NCBI GenBank assembly: GCA_963514005.1
Contig: OY740792.1
Span: forward strand, 42,780,001 to 42,844,000
Direction: 5' to 3'
DNA length: 64,000 nt
Source: Raja brachyura
Lineage: Eukaryota
Both the position numbers and the translations under genes were made by a program. This document shows positions 59,638 to 64,000 of the stretch, piece by piece (the first letter of the stretch is position 1; each line of letters begins with the position of its first letter). The notes beneath the pieces were generated by a model. The model saw nothing but the letters and a program-made list of their open reading frames with translations. It was not told the origin of the DNA and ran no database searches.

Positions 59638-62600
59638 GGAATAATGAAAATCAATGATGCATCATTGACAGTGCAGCTCTTCATCGGTAACCCGATGATG
59701 TGTCAACCAGATTATCTTGAAATCTCTAGAGTGAGCTATAAACTTGCTATCTGTTGCCTCAGAGATAAGATTTGTACCACTGAGCCAAAAATGCCCAAAG
59801 AGAATTTGTAAAAGATGCACGAGTCCTATATTTGCTGGACAAGCTTGGCCAGAGATTTTCCAGTTGCAGTCTGCTTTTAGAATTAGATATCCAACTGTGT
59901 TGAATCTGCCAATCTGCACTCCGATCTCGACAAGCCCATGCATTTCAATGGAGATAATGAAGCTGTGAAACAGAAAGCCAAGGATGAACTTAATTCTCTG
60001 CGTTAAAATAATATCTTTAGTTGTTGATTAATTTCCTGTTTTTTTAATTGCTTACTTGTAGCTTTTAGATTTTCTCGATATCTGATAGTGTAGGTTTGCT
60101 GCCCGTCTAAAAGATTTCCAGAGGAGGTCTGGCCTGCTTACAGGTTTCAGCTATGTGGCATGAGGCCCTGCCACTTGTCATTCTGGTCCCTGGTCATCTC
60201 ATGTCGATGTGCAAGATTCAGAAAGCATGGGGTCTAGCATTACACATTCTACAAATGCCAGGCCAGTGTAATCACCAACTCACAGGGAGATTCTCATTTA
60301 TCCAGAATTTGCAGTTGTAATCTTGGCAAAACTATTATTGGTGTCATTATTGTGTGAAACCGGGAGCCACCTCCAGGATCCACACACATCCAAGTACATG
60401 AGGAAATGCAGAAGCTTCTCTCAAAGTTGTAAACAAAAAACTATTAATGGGTCACATTTTTTTGAGGAATAGTACATATCGGCAACTGAACCATCTTATC
60501 AACAAGTAGAGAGTAGCCCTAAGCTATCATCTATCACATAGGAGACGGACCATCCGATGGCTCAATCATGTATTGTCTTTCCGCTGACTGGTTAGCACGC
60601 AACAAAAGCTTTTCACTATACATCGGTAACTATTTCACACAAAGGGTGGTGGGTGCATATCCAAATATAGATCTCGCTCCAGGTCTCGTTCCTATTCACC
60701 ACGTCGTTACTGACCCAAACTCTATTGCTTGCTGGACAACTGTCAAGATTTTTAATCAATGTGTTATGGCAAATTTTGCTGGAGGAGGTAGTTGAGGTTA
60801 TGGGGAGAAGGCAGGAGAATGGGGTTAGGAGGGAGAGATAGATCAGCCATGATTGAAAGGTGAAGTAGACTTGATGGGCCAAATAGCCTAATTCTGCGCC
60901 TAACACTTATGACCTATGACCTTATGAAAAGATTCAATTAACCTTTTAAAAAATCTATTTTCTTAAGGTGAAAGGTGAGCAGAGAAGTTTGATTTTCTCA
61001 TGTTGCGCAGAGACCTAAAAACTTACGACATACTGTGGTGGTAATACCTCACTTATAGGAAGTTAACTTTGTCAATTGATGAAGAAACAGAGGCCATTTT
61101 GAGAATTATGCTGGAGAGAAATAAAAACATTACTTCCAGATAGAAATTTCTGCTGAATATCTAGTGATACGATGCTATTTCTAATGTCGTGAACAGAGAT
61201 CAAATACATTCATGGAATCCATTGAGATGCTATACTCTGTCCACTTGATTTCGGCTGATTTGTTGGATCAATTTGAACTTGTTATTTCCTGCATATGTCT
61301 CAATAATGCACAATAGCAGGTTACTTGCATGAACAGCCAAAAACAAATAATTTATATTTATTCACTAATGTTGTTCTCCTCCAAAGCAACCGAGATTGGT
61401 GCTTTTGGGGTTTAACTTGCATTATTGTTTTGATCTGTATCTTTAACAGAATAGTTCATTTGATTCAGTAAAATCCCACAAGCAGCATTTGCATTTAATC
61501 TGTGGAGACATTGGCAGTGGTCAGGAAATCAGGTAAATGGTTCTCTCTGAAGGCTGTCTGTGTTTGCAGACCAGTAGGCTTGAAGAACATACATAAATAC
61601 CTTGAAGGATTAATGTAAGCCCTCACTTTATTTTGGCATGTTATGATGCAACAATCCTTACCTTATTTTCACACTCCCATCCCAACAGGTATCACTGATC
61701 TTCCATCAACATAAAGCATGACTGCCATGTCCCTTGTCAATCAGGGGTCATGTATGCACTGCACAAGGCAATGAGCTTTTTAAAGAGCACTTTGGAGCAT
61801 GATAAAAAATAAAGCAGCAAGAGCTTCTTTGCTTCATTTCAAATCCCTTTGCTCATTAACCTTTGGTCAACATATTGCTTTTTGAACATGGAGAAACATA
61901 GAAAATAGGTGCTGGGGTAGGCCATTTGGCCCTTCTAGCCAGCGCCATTCAATATGATCATGGCTGATCATCCAAATTCAGTATCCCATTCCTGCTTATT
62001 CCCCATATCATTTGATTCAGTTAGCCCCAAGAGCTCAATGTAACTCTCTCTTGAAAACAATGATCATGAAAACAAGTTCATTGTCTTGGCTGAAGAGCAC
62101 TTCACTAGAGTTGATCAACAGAACAACAAATTAATGTGTGGTTGAATGGGTTTATCATCTCCCTTCTATCCACGCACACTTACACTGACAATGCAGGTAG
62201 ACTCTCAATCTAAGATAGAATAAAGTGCAGGAGTAACTCAGTGGGTCAGGCAGCATCGCTGGAGAGCATTCTTCCAGAAATGCTGCCAGACCCACTGAGT
62301 TACTCCAGCACTGTACGTCTATCTTTGGTATAAAACAGCATCTGCAGTTCTTTGTTTCTAGACTCTCAATCTAAATTTGGCCCTCTGCTGGAAGGCAAGT
62401 GTTTTGCTTCTGATGCTGTTTGGCCATCTTCAACGATAAAATTAAAAAACTATTTGACTGATGTAATCATTGAACCAATTGATGCTAAACGTTTTATAGC
62501 CAGTTGTTGCACTAGCTGCCTTGTTTCTACTTGTATTAGTATTTTTTAATTATTTTCTCTGTTCTGTTAGGTAATGTGATAGTTCATTTGATTCAGTAAA

Positions 62601-64000
62601 ATCTCACAAGCAGTTCTTGCTTACAATGTTTTCGATGGTGGTCAGAAAACCAGATAAATGCCCTTCCGTTCAACCAATAGACCTGTGGAATGTTTTACGT
62701 TGACCCATACTCACACGGTTCCTGGGATTTACTGTATTTCCATTACACGTTTTTCAACATTGCAATGAAGTCTCTGGAAGCCGCTATTTCACATCCACCA
62801 AATGAGTCTATGGCTTGTCATACCTACAGCTTTGTCATCAGAATATTAATTGCAATTGAATTAGACTTATTGAAATTTTAATTGGACATTTTAAAAGTGG
62901 AGATTGATTAGGAAGGGCGTCAAAGGTTATGGGGAGAAGGCAGAAGAATGGGCTGGAGAGGAGAAAAATATATCAGTCATTGAATGGCGGAGTATTATCA
63001 ATTGGCCTAATTCTACTCCTATGTTTTATGATCCCAATACGAGCATACAGTTCTACCCATGCACAGAGCAGATTGAAGGCAAATCACCACAAATGACAGA
63101 TACTCTAAACCATGTAAACATTTATGAAATTGTGCATGCAGAAAACCCGTAAAATGCTGTATCTGTTACCAATGGCAGTGTCCAAAGAATTAAACTGGCC
63201 CTACCAACCCTCCATTCTCAAAATTATAGCCACTTCTGATTCCAATATACAATTGAAAATCACTGAATATGCTGGAGATAGTAATCAGGCTCGGCACCAT
63301 CTGTGGAGAGGGAAACAAAGTTAATGTTGCAGGCTGTTGGTGCAGTTGAAGAGGGTGGGCAAGGTTAATAGGTAAAGCTAATTTGTCTGAAAGATGTGTA
63401 ATTGGAAGATCAGTGATTTTAGAGGAAATTAAAAAAAGTAGCTGCTAGAATTATGGAATGCAGATTTTCGGCGGCGGTATGGAGTAAGGGAGACTTCTTT
63501 TAAGAAAAAGGACATTTGAAATATTTCTCTTCATGCTACTCCTTCAGTATAGCAATGCTTTGTTCCTGAGATCTCCCCAAGAACGCAATTATCCCGCAGT
63601 CGTTACTTAAATATCCCAATCTTCCCCTCGATGACTGCAGCAAAAAGAACCTGGAGAATATTCGTGAAGGCTTGTTCCTTAAGTACATTTCAACTCATTT
63701 AGCTCACAACCTGATAACTGAAACACACTTATAAACCATACCATTGGTTCTGTTATAGACAAATATTTGTGGCTGTTCTGCTGATCATGCTGCAGTTTTG
63801 AAGCTGTTTACAGATACTTCAGAGGACTTACTGGCCTATGTTGCTGCAACAGCTTCTATATCATGTACTTGGGTCAGTGCAGGGTTACACAGCCATATAT
63901 TTTCACTACAAGTGCAAAATTTTAATCTATGCCTCTCCTTCTTAGTGTTATTGCCTTTGTTCGCTTTAATTGCACATGATTTCCTTGTAAACAAAATGAT

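Noticed and set aside
50000-64000. Possible 3' end of ZBTB20, the mammalian TIGIT neighbour
   Set aside because: No zinc-finger coding exon or other recognisable sequence was found, so synteny cannot be claimed from this window.

Overview
Eukaryotic, repeat-rich, low gene-density DNA. The repeat complement (CR1/HER1-type LINEs, tRNA-headed V-SINEs with (CTAAA)n tails, Penelope-like elements, L1, Harbinger, Tc1, DIRS fragments) points to a cartilaginous fish, probably a skate or ray. That assignment is inferred from repeat style only. One spliced protein-coding gene can be assembled by hand on the + strand from four phase-compatible exons (11675-11714, 32576-32905, 43560-43660, 46840-47010; 213 aa): signal peptide, single IgV domain with the nectin-family T(F/Y)P motif, transmembrane helix, and a cytoplasmic tail ending TDYFSVALRTSL. 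Architecture and sequence resemble mammalian TIGIT, but the tail tyrosine is in an ITSM-type context (TxYxxV) instead of ITT+ITIM. The TM exon starts with a regenerated donor site whose use would give a soluble IgV. Almost all other ORFs in the track are transposon-derived or spurious. Secondary points: many Penelope-derived hammerhead-like motifs, a two-gene Harbinger remnant plus TTA/TAA-targeting MITEs, a four-level nested insertion, and an internally deleted L1 that keeps both ends and its TSD. All homology calls are by eye from remembered motifs; no database search was run.
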